The translations under genes and the position numbers were made by a program. The notes beneath the pieces were generated by a model. The model worked only from the letters and a program-made list of their open reading frames with translations, had not been told where the DNA came from and made no database searches. Positions 8,270-16,828 of a stretch of 32,000 bases of DNA are shown here, in pieces. The stretch comes from Candidatus Iainarchaeum sp. (lineage in GTDB: Archaea > Iainarchaeota > Iainarchaeia > Iainarchaeales > CSSED10-239): NCBI GenBank assembly GCA_037441475.1, contig JBBISB010000001.1, positions 577,465 through 609,464 on the forward strand, read 5' to 3'. The first letter of the stretch is position 1, and each line of letters begins with the position of its first letter.

Positions 8270-9106
8270 TTATTTTCTTAAAAGGTCAATTGTTTTTTTA
8301 ACTACTTTATACTTTCCTAAAATATTATTTTTATGAGCAGTATTTCCATGAAAATCAGAACCAGCAGTCTCTATTAACTTATATTTCTTACAAAGCTCTT
8401 TTACTTCAAGCATAAACTCCTTGTTTTTAAACATTATAAGTTCTTCTGGAATATATCCCTTTGTCTCAATACCAGAAACTCCTTCTTTTACAAGGTTTAT
8501 AACAAAAGACTCCATCTCTGCTTTTTGAAAGTCCTTTAAATACCATGGATGTGGAAGCACTGCTTTTCCTCCAGCATCATTAATTATCTGAATTACTCTC
8601 TTTGTTCTTGTTGGTGGAACTTCAAGCCTAACAGGTATGTTTCTTAAATATTCTTTAAAGGCATCATCTGCTGTCTTACTATACCCTCTTTCAACCATTA
8701 TCTGTGCTATGTTATATGCATTTGGGTTTTGCCCAACACCTGATTTTTCTAAAACCTCTTTAAAGCTAATCTCCACTCCATAGCTTTCAAGACCCTCAAG
8801 CTTTTTTTGAATATACCTTTTTCTTTGTTTTCTATGTTTTTCAAGTAGCATGTTAAGCATATTATCTTCTTTATTAAAAAAATATCCTAAAATCTCAGTT
8901 TCAAGAGCTTGAATCTCAACACCAGGTATAATCTCTAAACCTCTTTTCTTAGCTTCCTTTTCTGCTTCTAAAAAACCATCTATACTATCATGATCAGTTA
9001 CAGCTAAGCCTTTTAAGTTTATTTTTGAGGCCATGGCTACAAGCTTTGAAGGGCTTAGCATTCCATCTGAGTAATGGGTGTGTGTATGTAGGTCATATCC
9101 AGGCAT
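8270..9106 (-). CDS. PHP-domain metal-dependent phosphoesterase (TrpH/YciV-like)
   Basis: N-terminal DLHTHTHYSDG His cluster, VTDHDS, and a C-terminal GSDFHG motif. 278 aa. Confidence 0.85.
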   Translation of the reverse strand: MPGYDLHTHTHYSDGMLSPSKLVAMASKINLKGLAVTDHDSIDGFLEAEKEAKKRGLEIIPGVEIQALETEILGYFFNKEDNMLNMLLEKHRKQRKRYIQKKLEGLESYGVEISFKEVLEKSGVGQNPNAYNIAQIMVERGYSKTADDAFKEYLRNIPVRLEVPPTRTKRVIQIINDAGGKAVLPHPWYLKDFQKAEMESFVINLVKEGVSGIETKGYIPEELIMFKNKEFMLEVKELCKKYKLIETAGSDFHGNTAHKNNILGKYKVVKKTIDLLRK

Positions 9107-9142
9107 ATCTTCTAACTTTCTTATTTTAAATTAATAAAAAGA

Positions 9143-9352
9143 CTACTGCATTGTCTTTGTTGCAAGCTTAATGTCCTCTGATGTTACTGTTTTTCTTTTT
9201 GCATGTTTTGCAAGTTCAATTGCTTGTTTTGAGATATCAATTGCAACCTCTGATAATATTTTTCCAAGTTCTTCAGCTGCATCTTCAGAGACCCTTTCTG
9301 CCCCTGCTTTTCTAATAAGTCTATCTATTGCCGCTATTGGTAATTCTGACAT
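9143..9352 (-). CDS. Archaeal histone (HMf family)
   Basis: 69 aa. LPIAAIDRLIRKAGAERVSEDA...AKHAKRKTVTSEDIKLA is a canonical histone fold. Confidence 0.92.
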   Translation of the reverse strand: MSELPIAAIDRLIRKAGAERVSEDAAEELGKILSEVAIDISKQAIELAKHAKRKTVTSEDIKLATKTMQ

Positions 9353-9431
9353 TGTTTTTCCCCCTTTTTTTAAAAATCAACCTTAATATATATGTATTTC
9401 TCTAAAGCCTTTTTAAACTATTCTTTTTTTA

Positions 9432-9468
9432 CTTAACAGTTAAGTGTTAACGATTAAAGATGTTAACG
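9432..9468. promoter_or_regulatory. Cluster of TTAAC-based palindromes upstream of a TATA-like box
   Basis: CTTAACAGTTAAG (9432-9444), GTTAAC (9446-9451) and GTTAAC (9462-9467, within a repeated TGTTAACG), followed by TTTATATATTT (9469-9479). Located in the histone / wHTH-gene divergent spacer. Confidence 0.3.
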
Positions 9469-9517
9469 GTTTATATATTTTTCCCTTTACTATATATCTA
9501 TACACTAATGATTAAAT

Positions 9518-10378
9518 ATGGCTCTCTCAGATTCAATTCTTTTACAGATAAGTCAAAAGAAAACAAACTATAATGATCTTTTAACAAAGATGGTTTCAAA
9601 CTATTCATCAGTCAATTCAGCTAAAGCAGCTCTTTCAAGAGCTTTAAAAAACCTAGTTGCTTTTGGAGAAGTTGAAAAAAACAAAGATGATTATTTTTTA
9701 ACAGATAAGGGAAGACTTACAATTGAGTCAAAGCTTAAAAATAAACTTGTAATTAATATAAACGAGCTTTTAGAAAAATCAAAAAAAAAAAGTTCTTTAG
9801 AGCATGTAGATGAGATTGTTAAGAACCTACAAATTTTCTTAGAAAGAAGTAAACAAGATCCTAGTCTTTTAAAAACAGGAAAAACAAGTTCTAACTTTTA
9901 TATAAAGGATTTAGAGATTTTAAAAAAAGAAATTGATTCAAGTGTTTCTCATTACACATACATTTCCACAGTCTTAACAAACCATATAAAGATACTGCAG
10001 GATGAAAACTTTGAGGATTACTTAATACTTAACCTTGATAATAATCTTTTTTTAACTTTTAATTTTTTAATAGAGATGTATAACCTAGATGAAATAACAA
10101 TTGATTGTTCAAACCAGTATCCACAAACAATAAGCTTCTTTGAGGAAAGTACTATCTTTATTAAAAAAAATGATTTTTCCTTTAAACTAAGTTTAACAGA
10201 GTATGATTCTTTTAAGGAGCTTCTTTTAAAGGACTTTGAAAGAAGTATTAATATAAGGTTTAAGATCTACTTAAACGATGTCTTAGTAAGGTTTAGTTTT
10301 GGAAAAGTATATTTCTTTGGTCCCTTTAATATTATTAAAAAAATATCTGAAAAAAATGAGGAGTTGAAGTCTTTATGA
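9518..10378 (+). CDS. Hypothetical protein with a putative N-terminal winged-helix domain
   Basis: 286 aa. AALSRALKNLVAFGEVEKNKDDYFLTDKGR is a wHTH-like recognition helix plus wing. The rest is unrecognised. Its stop overlaps the next ATG (ATGA at 10375-10378). Confidence 0.55.
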   Translation: MALSDSILLQISQKKTNYNDLLTKMVSNYSSVNSAKAALSRALKNLVAFGEVEKNKDDYFLTDKGRLTIESKLKNKLVININELLEKSKKKSSLEHVDEIVKNLQIFLERSKQDPSLLKTGKTSSNFYIKDLEILKKEIDSSVSHYTYISTVLTNHIKILQDENFEDYLILNLDNNLFLTFNFLIEMYNLDEITIDCSNQYPQTISFFEESTIFIKKNDFSFKLSLTEYDSFKELLLKDFERSINIRFKIYLNDVLVRFSFGKVYFFGPFNIIKKISEKNEELKSL

Positions 10379-11036
10379 AGTTTAAATATTTAGGCCACTC
10401 TTGTTTTATGCTTGAGTATAAGGGAATAAAAATATTACTTGATCCTTTTATAAAAAATAACCCTTTATCTAAGATTGGTATTTTAGATGTTAGACCAGTG
10501 TTATTCTTTTAACACACGATCATCATGATCATCTTGGAGATGCAATTGAGATATCTAAACATTCTGGTGCTCATATAATAGCTATCTTTGATTTAACACA
10601 AGAGTTAAACAAGTTCCATGTTCCTACAATTGGTGGTAACTTAGGTGGAACTGTTGAATATAAGGGCATTAAGTTTACGTTTGTAAAAGCAGAGCATTCT
10701 TCAAGTAAAGGTGTTGCGGTTGGTTTTATAATAACCACTGAAGAGAGTGTAGTTTATTTTGCAGGAGATACCAATGTCTTTATGGATATGAAAATAATAA
10801 AGGACATCTATAAACCCTCTGTTGTAATGTTACCTATAGATGGAAGGTTTAATATGGGTCCTAAAGAGGTTTGTTATGCCTTAACTTTATTAGAGCCTGA
10901 GGTTGTAATACCAATGCATTATGGAACCTTTGAGGCTTTAAAAAATACTCCCCTTGATTTAGAAAAGGAAATTTCAAAGCAAGGCTTAAAATATAAGTTA
11001 ACTATTTTTAATATCTTTGAAGAAAAAGAAATTTAA
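10375..11036 (+). pseudogene. UPF0173-type MBL-fold metal-dependent hydrolase, interrupted by a 1-nt frame change
   Basis: Frame A runs 10375-10512 (MKFKYLGHSCFMLEYKGIKILLDPF...DVRPV then stop). The frame offset by -1 is open from 10494 to 11036 (ILLTHDHHDHLGDAIEI...AGDTNVFMDMK...VVIPMHYGTF). Together they give a complete ~220-aa hydrolase. Confidence 0.8.
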
Positions 11037-11055
11037 TTTTTTCTTTTTAAAAAAA

Positions 11056-11127
11056 GGGGTCGGTGGGATTTGAACCCACGACCGGTTGGTCCGAAGCCAA
11101 CTGCACTATCCACTATGCTACGACCCC
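11056..11127 (-). tRNA. tRNA-Arg (anticodon TCG)
   Basis: The reverse complement folds by hand as a 72-nt cloverleaf: acceptor GGGGUCG/CGACCCC, D stem GCAU/GUGC, anticodon stem GUUGG/CCAAC, loop CUUCGGA, and T arm GUGGG-UUCAAAU-CCCAC. No encoded CCA and no intron. Confidence 0.9.
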
Positions 11128-11216
11128 ACCCTTTAAAAATGATTTGTTTATTAAATATATATAGTTTTATTATATTATATAATTATTCTTTTTAAAAATT
11201 AAGAGGTGCATTACTA

Positions 11217-11372
11217 ATGGATAGATGCAGTAGCTGTAATATTGAAGTTACAAATGATTTTACAAAGTTCAAGTGCCCAAGTTGTGGTAAAGTTGAAATC
11301 ATAAGATGTAACAGATGTAAGTCTATATCAAAGAAATATAAATGTCCAAGTTGTTCATTTATCGGACCTTAG
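11217..11372 (+). CDS. Small zinc-ribbon protein (four CxxC pairs) of the type usually found upstream of aEF-1beta
   Basis: Not in the ORF track (51 aa): MDRCSSCNIEVTNDFTKFKCPSCGKVEIIRCNRCKSISKKYKCPSCSFIGP. GAGGTG lies 8 nt upstream. Confidence 0.7.
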   Translation: MDRCSSCNIEVTNDFTKFKCPSCGKVEIIRCNRCKSISKKYKCPSCSFIGP

Positions 11373-11432
11373 ACGGTCTACTTTTTTTAGATGTAAATTT
11401 TATTTAATAAAAATATAAAGGTGGAAATATTT

Positions 11433-11699
11433 ATGGGTGACATTCTTTCAGTCTATAAGGTTTATCCTGAAGAGATAGAGGATATTGATAAAATCAAAGT
11501 TTCTCTTGAAAAAGGATTTTGTGCTCCTTTCAAGGTTGCAAAAATAGAGATTGAACCAATTGCTTTTGGTTTAAAGGTTATAAAGCTTGTAGTTGTTTTT
11601 CCAGATAAGATCGATGGTCTTTTAGATAAGCTTGAAGATGCTATCAAAGCTATTGATGGTGTTAGAGATATTGAAATTGAAGTATCAACTTTACTTTAA
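11433..11699 (+). CDS. ef1b: Translation elongation factor aEF-1 beta
   Basis: 88 aa. MGDILSVYKVYPEE..., EPIAFGLKVIKLVVVFPD, and a ...IEIEVSTLL end match the aEF-1beta pattern. ATG 11433 has AAGGTGG upstream; the track's GTG 11421 overlaps that SD. Confidence 0.85.
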   Translation: MGDILSVYKVYPEEIEDIDKIKVSLEKGFCAPFKVAKIEIEPIAFGLKVIKLVVVFPDKIDGLLDKLEDAIKAIDGVRDIEIEVSTLL

Positions 11700-11804
11700 A
11701 TTTCCTTTTTTTCTTTTTTAAAGCAAATAGCTAATGTTTATAAATGTTTTATTCTATTCTAATATATATAATATATTTTTAAAAAAGTATTAGGTATGTA
11801 TAGA

Positions 11805-12251
11805 ATGAAAAAAGGTCAAGTCTTTATTGAGGTTATCTTAATTATTATTTTTCTAATCATATTTTTAATAGTTTTTAATAATCTTTCAAAAGATACTGCA
11901 AAGACTTTAGAGAAAAGCAAGATCTTAGAACAGGAAAATGAGATTATTGATGCTCTTTATAGTTTTATAAAGGTGCAAGAGGGCTTAGTCTCTCCAACAG
12001 TTCATGGCTTAGACTTTAATGTTTCTTTTAAAATTCCTGAAATAGATATACCTTCTAAAAATCTTTTCTGTCAAGTTTTTATAACCTCAAGTGACATGAC
12101 TATAAAGGCTTATGATTATGATGAAGTTGTAACTTTGAATAAAAAAATAAATCTTGATTTTACAAAGATTGATTTTTCAAAAACAATTGTTAAACCATGC
12201 GGTAGTATCCTTCTTTGTTCTTTAAAGGATGGAATGGTTTATTGTAGATGA
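11805..12251 (+). CDS. Type IV pilin-like protein (class III signal peptide), A
   Basis: MKKG/QVFIEVILIIIFLIIFLIVF gives a basic N-terminus, Gly at -1, Gln at +1, Glu at +5, then about 20 hydrophobic residues. It has 4 Cys and N-x-S/T sequons. The track start 11796 adds MYR. Confidence 0.6.
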   Translation: MKKGQVFIEVILIIIFLIIFLIVFNNLSKDTAKTLEKSKILEQENEIIDALYSFIKVQEGLVSPTVHGLDFNVSFKIPEIDIPSKNLFCQVFITSSDMTIKAYDYDEVVTLNKKINLDFTKIDFSKTIVKPCGSILLCSLKDGMVYCR

Positions 12252-12322
12252 TTCTTTTAAAAAATAAAAATAAATTCCATTAATAAAAAAAGTAAATTCG
12301 AGTAATTTAAAAAAGATAACAA

Positions 12323-12832
12323 ATGATTAAAAATAAAAAAGCACAGATAATGAGTTTAGATATTCTATTCACAGTTACTTTAGTTGTGCTTATGTTCTTT
12401 CTATTATTCAATATAGTTGAAGCAAGGCTTTATCAAGCAAACATAGATAAAGCAAACAATGAGCTTGATGCTATTGGTTTTTTAGCTTTTGATAAAATAA
12501 TTAATAATCCTTTACTTAACTGTTATGCGTATGACACTAATAATAACTTCACAATACCAGCATGTGTTTCACTTTCTCAATCTGCAATTACAAAAAAAAC
12601 ATTAGGTATTCCACAAGGCTATAAATGTAACTTAACAGGTGCAGTCTTTACAACAAATGAATGTAATGATGTTTTTATTCCAGCAGATAATTCCAGTTAT
12701 TTTTCTTTAGATTTTAACGTAACTGTTGCTGCTAATAAAGCAATATCTAAGAAAGATTATATTGAAAATTATATGAATATACAAAACACTTTAGCAACCC
12801 AACGAACATTAACTTTAAGGGTGTGGAAATAG
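12323..12832 (+). CDS. Type IV pilin-like protein (class III signal peptide), B
   Basis: MIKNKKA/QIMSLDILFTVTLVVLMFFLLF. It has 4 Cys and several sequons (NFT, NLT, NSS, NVT). Confidence 0.6.
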   Translation: MIKNKKAQIMSLDILFTVTLVVLMFFLLFNIVEARLYQANIDKANNELDAIGFLAFDKIINNPLLNCYAYDTNNNFTIPACVSLSQSAITKKTLGIPQGYKCNLTGAVFTTNECNDVFIPADNSSYFSLDFNVTVAANKAISKKDYIENYMNIQNTLATQRTLTLRVWK

Positions 12833-12834
12833 AT

Positions 12835-13134
12835 ATGAATGATAAGGGGTATATCTTAACAATTTCAACAATTTTCTATGTTGTAATCTTTATGCTTTTC
12901 TTAAGTCTTACAACCTTTGTTATTTATAAGTCAGTTAATACAGATAACCAAAAGATTCAATCTTCTTATCTTTATACAAAGTTTAATAATGGGGATGCAG
13001 TTGTTCCTATAACAACCACCTATTATTGGTGTACAGATTTTTTCTACTACGATGCAAACGGTATAAACCCTGGTTATAACGCTGTTACTTTAAAAACATA
13101 CTGTGAGGGATATAATGCAAAAAGGTTTATTTAG
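12835..13134 (+). CDS. Type IV pilin-like protein (class III signal peptide), C
   Basis: MNDKG/YILTISTIFYVVIFMLFLSL. It has 2 Cys. ATG 12835 lies just after the stop of gene B; the track's GTG 12823 is in frame. Confidence 0.5.
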   Translation: MNDKGYILTISTIFYVVIFMLFLSLTTFVIYKSVNTDNQKIQSSYLYTKFNNGDAVVPITTTYYWCTDFFYYDANGINPGYNAVTLKTYCEGYNAKRFI

Positions 13135-13615
13135 TGGTTTGTTTTTAATAGTTATGATTGCTCTATTAACTCCAACATTTATAATATCTGATCAATCTAG
13201 GTATATTACAGATACTTATAATCACCTAGACTTATTTTCTCTTGCAGCTGATAATGTTATAACAGATGCTTTACTTGATACCACTATTATTTCTTGTAAC
13301 CTTCTTCCTGCTTTAGGTTATGATGCAGTAGTTGAGGAATATCTTGATAAATTATTAATAGAGGTAAGTAAAAATAATGTTGATTGTAATTTTTCTAACT
13401 TAACCACTCAGTTAAATGGTTCTGATTATGAAGGTGAAATAACCTTAAAATGCGCACAAGAAACTAAGTTTTCAAACATTAGTTTAGAAAAAGTTTTAAC
13501 CTTTGAAAAAAATATCTCTGCAAGCTCTGATTTCTTAACATGTACAGTAACTATAAGAGATAAACTTGATGGAAACAAAATATATGCAAACCAAATGAGG
13601 CCTATGACACCATAA
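13115..13615 (+). CDS. Type IV pilin-like protein (class III signal peptide), D
   Basis: MQKG/LFSGLFLIVMIALL. It has 4 Cys and sequons NFS, NLT, NGS and NIS x2. GAGGGA lies 4 nt upstream of ATG 13115. It overlaps gene C by 20 nt. Confidence 0.5.
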   Translation: MQKGLFSGLFLIVMIALLTPTFIISDQSRYITDTYNHLDLFSLAADNVITDALLDTTIISCNLLPALGYDAVVEEYLDKLLIEVSKNNVDCNFSNLTTQLNGSDYEGEITLKCAQETKFSNISLEKVLTFEKNISASSDFLTCTVTIRDKLDGNKIYANQMRPMTP

Positions 13616-13636
13616 TTTTTTTTAAAAACAAAAAAA

Positions 13637-15427
13637 CTATGTTGTGTAATAATATTTATTTTCCTTTCTTTGTTCCTTATCTTTCTGTGAATCAGGTTTG
13701 TTTGCTCTTGGTCTTTTGGTGTCTGGATCTTGTCTAAAGGTCATTTCTTGTTCTTTTAAAAATCTATTGAATGAATTTTCAATAATGTCAATCTTGTTTG
13801 CCACACCCTTCTTTGAAACCTCTCCTTCAAAAAGAAGTATTCTATCAGAGATGTAATCAATTAATAGAAGATCATGATCAACAACTAAAGCGCTTTTCTC
13901 TGTCTTTATAACCACGCTCTTAATAACATTTGAAACAATTAATCTTTGTTCAACATCTAAAAAAGCAGACGGTTCATCAATCAAGTAAATGTCTGCTTCT
14001 TTTGAAAGAGTGTAGGCAAGAGCAACTTTTTGCAATTCTCCTCCAGATAGTTGAGATATCTCTTGTTCTATTATGGAGTCAATATCAAGTTGACGTCTAA
14101 GCTCAGCATTGAAGATATCTTGGTTAACCTCTTTCTTTTTGAATAAATCTTGGACAGTCATGTCTTCATCTAGGTTTATATATTGTGGTTTGTAAGAAAC
14201 CTTAAACTTTAAATCAACCTCTATGTTATCAGGTTTAACCTCTCCTGCTAGCATTTTAATAAATGTTGTTTTTCCAATAGCATTAGGCCCTAAGATACCA
14301 ATTACCTCTCCTCTATTTATCTTTCCTTCTAAGACCTTAAGGTTAAAGGTGCCTAAGGTTTTCTCAAGGTTTGGGTATTCAATTAAGGTATCTTCTTTTC
14401 TTTTTATACTTTCAAACTTTGCAGAACTAAACTCTATCTTATAATCTCTAATCCTTATGTTTTCATCTTTTAAAAAACCATCCAAAAATTCATTAATTCC
14501 TTTTTTTGTTGTCTTCTTGTTTGAAGATTGTCCATAAACATTTTTCTTTCCAAACATTATTTGTACAAAATCACTTACATAATCTAATATAGCAAGATCA
14601 TGTTCAATCAACATGATTGAGTTTTCTTCATTTATCTTTTCTCTTAAAATTTTAGCTATCTTAAACCTTTGTTTAATATCTAAAAAAGTAGTATACTCAT
14701 CAAAGAAGTAAAGCTTAGCATCCTTTAAAAGACAAGCAGCAATAGCTATTCTTTGCAATTCTCCACCAGACACTTCTGTTGGTGTTTTATGCAGTAAACT
14801 TTCAACATCAAGTTCCTTAATTATCTTGTTGTAATACTCTTTATCCTTTGAAATATTTTCAAGAAGTTCTTTAATTGTTTTTTTAAAAACCTTAGGTATA
14901 TCTTCTACTTTCTGTATCTTATATGCAAAAGATAATTTTTTTTCTTTAATCTCAATAAAGTTCTTTTGAATATTTTTCCCTCTATAATATTTAATCACCT
15001 TATCAATATCTTCTTTTTTCGTATACTCTCCAAGGTTAGGTATCTGGCTTCCTGAGAGGATGTTAATGGAGGTTGTTTTTCCAGAACCATTAATACCAAT
15101 AAGCCCGGTTATAAAGCCTTTTTCAGATGAGGGAAGAGAATAAACCCTAAAGGTATTTTTTCCAAACTGATGTATTGGTTCTCCAAACTTAACCCCGGTG
15201 TTAATGATTGTTATGGCTTTGAAAGGACATTTATGAGGGCAGATACCACACCCTGTACATAAGCTCTCGTTTATTATAGGTGGAAGGTATGCTTCTCTAT
15301 TAATGATTTCAATAGCATCTTCTCCCATCTTAACAGGAGGGCATACTCTGTGGCATAAGTAGTTACATGCCTTTGGTTGGCATTTATTTTTATCAATTAC
15401 TGCTATTCTTGTATATTCTGTAGCCAT
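13637..15427 (-). CDS. abce1: ABCE1 / RNase L inhibitor-type ribosome recycling ATPase
   Basis: Two N-terminal 4Fe-4S Cys clusters (CQPKACNYLCHRVCP; CTGCGICPHKCP). Two ABC cassettes with Walker A GINGSGKTT / GPNAIGKTT and signatures SGGELQR / SGGELQK. ATG 15427 (MATEYTRIAVID) is preferred; a TTG at 15448 is in frame. Confidence 0.93.
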   Translation of the reverse strand: MATEYTRIAVIDKNKCQPKACNYLCHRVCPPVKMGEDAIEIINREAYLPPIINESLCTGCGICPHKCPFKAITIINTGVKFGEPIHQFGKNTFRVYSLPSSEKGFITGLIGINGSGKTTSINILSGSQIPNLGEYTKKEDIDKVIKYYRGKNIQKNFIEIKEKKLSFAYKIQKVEDIPKVFKKTIKELLENISKDKEYYNKIIKELDVESLLHKTPTEVSGGELQRIAIAACLLKDAKLYFFDEYTTFLDIKQRFKIAKILREKINEENSIMLIEHDLAILDYVSDFVQIMFGKKNVYGQSSNKKTTKKGINEFLDGFLKDENIRIRDYKIEFSSAKFESIKRKEDTLIEYPNLEKTLGTFNLKVLEGKINRGEVIGILGPNAIGKTTFIKMLAGEVKPDNIEVDLKFKVSYKPQYINLDEDMTVQDLFKKKEVNQDIFNAELRRQLDIDSIIEQEISQLSGGELQKVALAYTLSKEADIYLIDEPSAFLDVEQRLIVSNVIKSVVIKTEKSALVVDHDLLLIDYISDRILLFEGEVSKKGVANKIDIIENSFNRFLKEQEMTFRQDPDTKRPRANKPDSQKDKEQRKENKYYYTT

Positions 15428-15440
15428 AATAAAACCATAT

Positions 15441-16682
15441 TTATTCAATCATTGTTTGATATTCTTTTAAAGAAATCTTTGCTCCAAGAAGTTTAATCTC
15501 CTCATGCTCTAGGCCAAAGTAGTTTACAATCTCTTTTGTATGTTTGTTTGTTCCTGCAATTATTAGAAGGAAAGGCAAGTAGTCTCTTTTTAAAATATGC
15601 TTTGAAGCATGTATCTTTTCTTGCATCTTTAAAACAATGTTATCAAATAAAACTCTTTCCTTTTTATTCCCACTAAGCTTCTTTAAAAGTGTTGGGAAAA
15701 CAAAGGGTGCAAAACCTCCACTCTCTCTCTCTGTCTTTGCATATGCAACCCCAACTGTTAAATAATCAAAAACATATTTTAGAAGTATCCAGTTTGTCCC
15801 TCTTATCCTTCCTTTAAAAACATCAGCTTTGCTTAAAGCCTCCATTCCTTGGTAAAGGTTTTTTGGTTCCTTATATTTTCTAGGAATATTTTCTTCAAGC
15901 CATGCAAACAAAAGCTCCCAATCAATGCTCATGTCGTTTAATATATTTTTAGTTTCATAAAAATCCTTAGGGTAGAATATTTTACCAAGCACCTTAAAGA
16001 CATCCTCATCTCTTTTTCTATCCCCTAAGCTTTCAACATCCTCTAAAGTTATTTTTCCAAAATCAGCAAGGGTCCCAAGATCTAGAAGTAAGGCCCTAAT
16101 ATCGTTTTTAGTGTTTTCAACCAATGTCTTTAGTGACATTAAATCATAATCTATGTTTTCTTTATCACAGATGTCCTTTGCAAACTTAAGAATTGATAGT
16201 TTGTTTGGAAGATCAAACCTTATCTGTAGACATTTATCATAGATTGGTCTTAGTTTTTTATTTTCATAAGGATCGTTTGCAATAAAGACTATTGGTTGTC
16301 TTGTTTTTTCTAAAACTTTTGAAATTTCTAAAAAACCCCCAGCATCCTCTCCCCCTCTCTTATCTTCCATAGCGTCAATCTCATCTAAAAGAATAAGTCT
16401 TTTTTGACCAAAGATGTTTGCTCTTGTCATTGCCACCTGCACAAGGTTTGCTATTGCTTCTTTTCCTCTAATGTCAGAGGCATCAGTGTGATAGATAGAA
16501 AGATTAAGTTCTTTTGCAATTAATTTAACACAAAGTGTCTTACCAATACCACTCTCTCCATAAATAAAGATAGGTGTTGTTGGGTTCTTTAAAAGACTCT
16601 CTCTTAATGTCTCAATTTGCTTTTTTTGCCCTATAACTTCTTCTAAAGTCTTAGGGGTATACTTTTCTAAAAGATTTGCCAT
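15441..16682 (-). CDS. rfcL: Replication factor C large subunit
   Basis: EKYTPKTLEEVIGQ, Walker A GESGIGKT, Walker B LILLDEID, 413 aa. Divergent from PCNA. Confidence 0.85.
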   Translation of the reverse strand: MANLLEKYTPKTLEEVIGQKKQIETLRESLLKNPTTPIFIYGESGIGKTLCVKLIAKELNLSIYHTDASDIRGKEAIANLVQVAMTRANIFGQKRLILLDEIDAMEDKRGGEDAGGFLEISKVLEKTRQPIVFIANDPYENKKLRPIYDKCLQIRFDLPNKLSILKFAKDICDKENIDYDLMSLKTLVENTKNDIRALLLDLGTLADFGKITLEDVESLGDRKRDEDVFKVLGKIFYPKDFYETKNILNDMSIDWELLFAWLEENIPRKYKEPKNLYQGMEALSKADVFKGRIRGTNWILLKYVFDYLTVGVAYAKTERESGGFAPFVFPTLLKKLSGNKKERVLFDNIVLKMQEKIHASKHILKRDYLPFLLIIAGTNKHTKEIVNYFGLEHEEIKLLGAKISLKEYQTMIE

Positions 16683-16828
16683 AATATAATATATTTAGGA
16701 AGTAAATATAAACTTTATTACACCTCTATTATTTAGAATAAAAAGCTAATTTATGATTCTTTAAAAGTAAAAAGCCTATACTTTATAAATCTTATTTACC
16801 TATATATTATAAAAAAAGTGATTAATTT

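Noticed and set aside
9171-9386. 71-aa ORF antisense to the histone gene
   Set aside because: The histone fold on the minus strand is unambiguous. The plus-strand ORF is a Ser/Ala-rich mirror product.
16683-16828. AT-rich divergent spacer between RFC-L and PCNA, considered as a replication origin
   Set aside because: I could not see any repeated ORB-like elements or inverted repeat pairs, and no Orc1/Cdc6 gene is adjacent. It is most simply a pair of divergent promoters.
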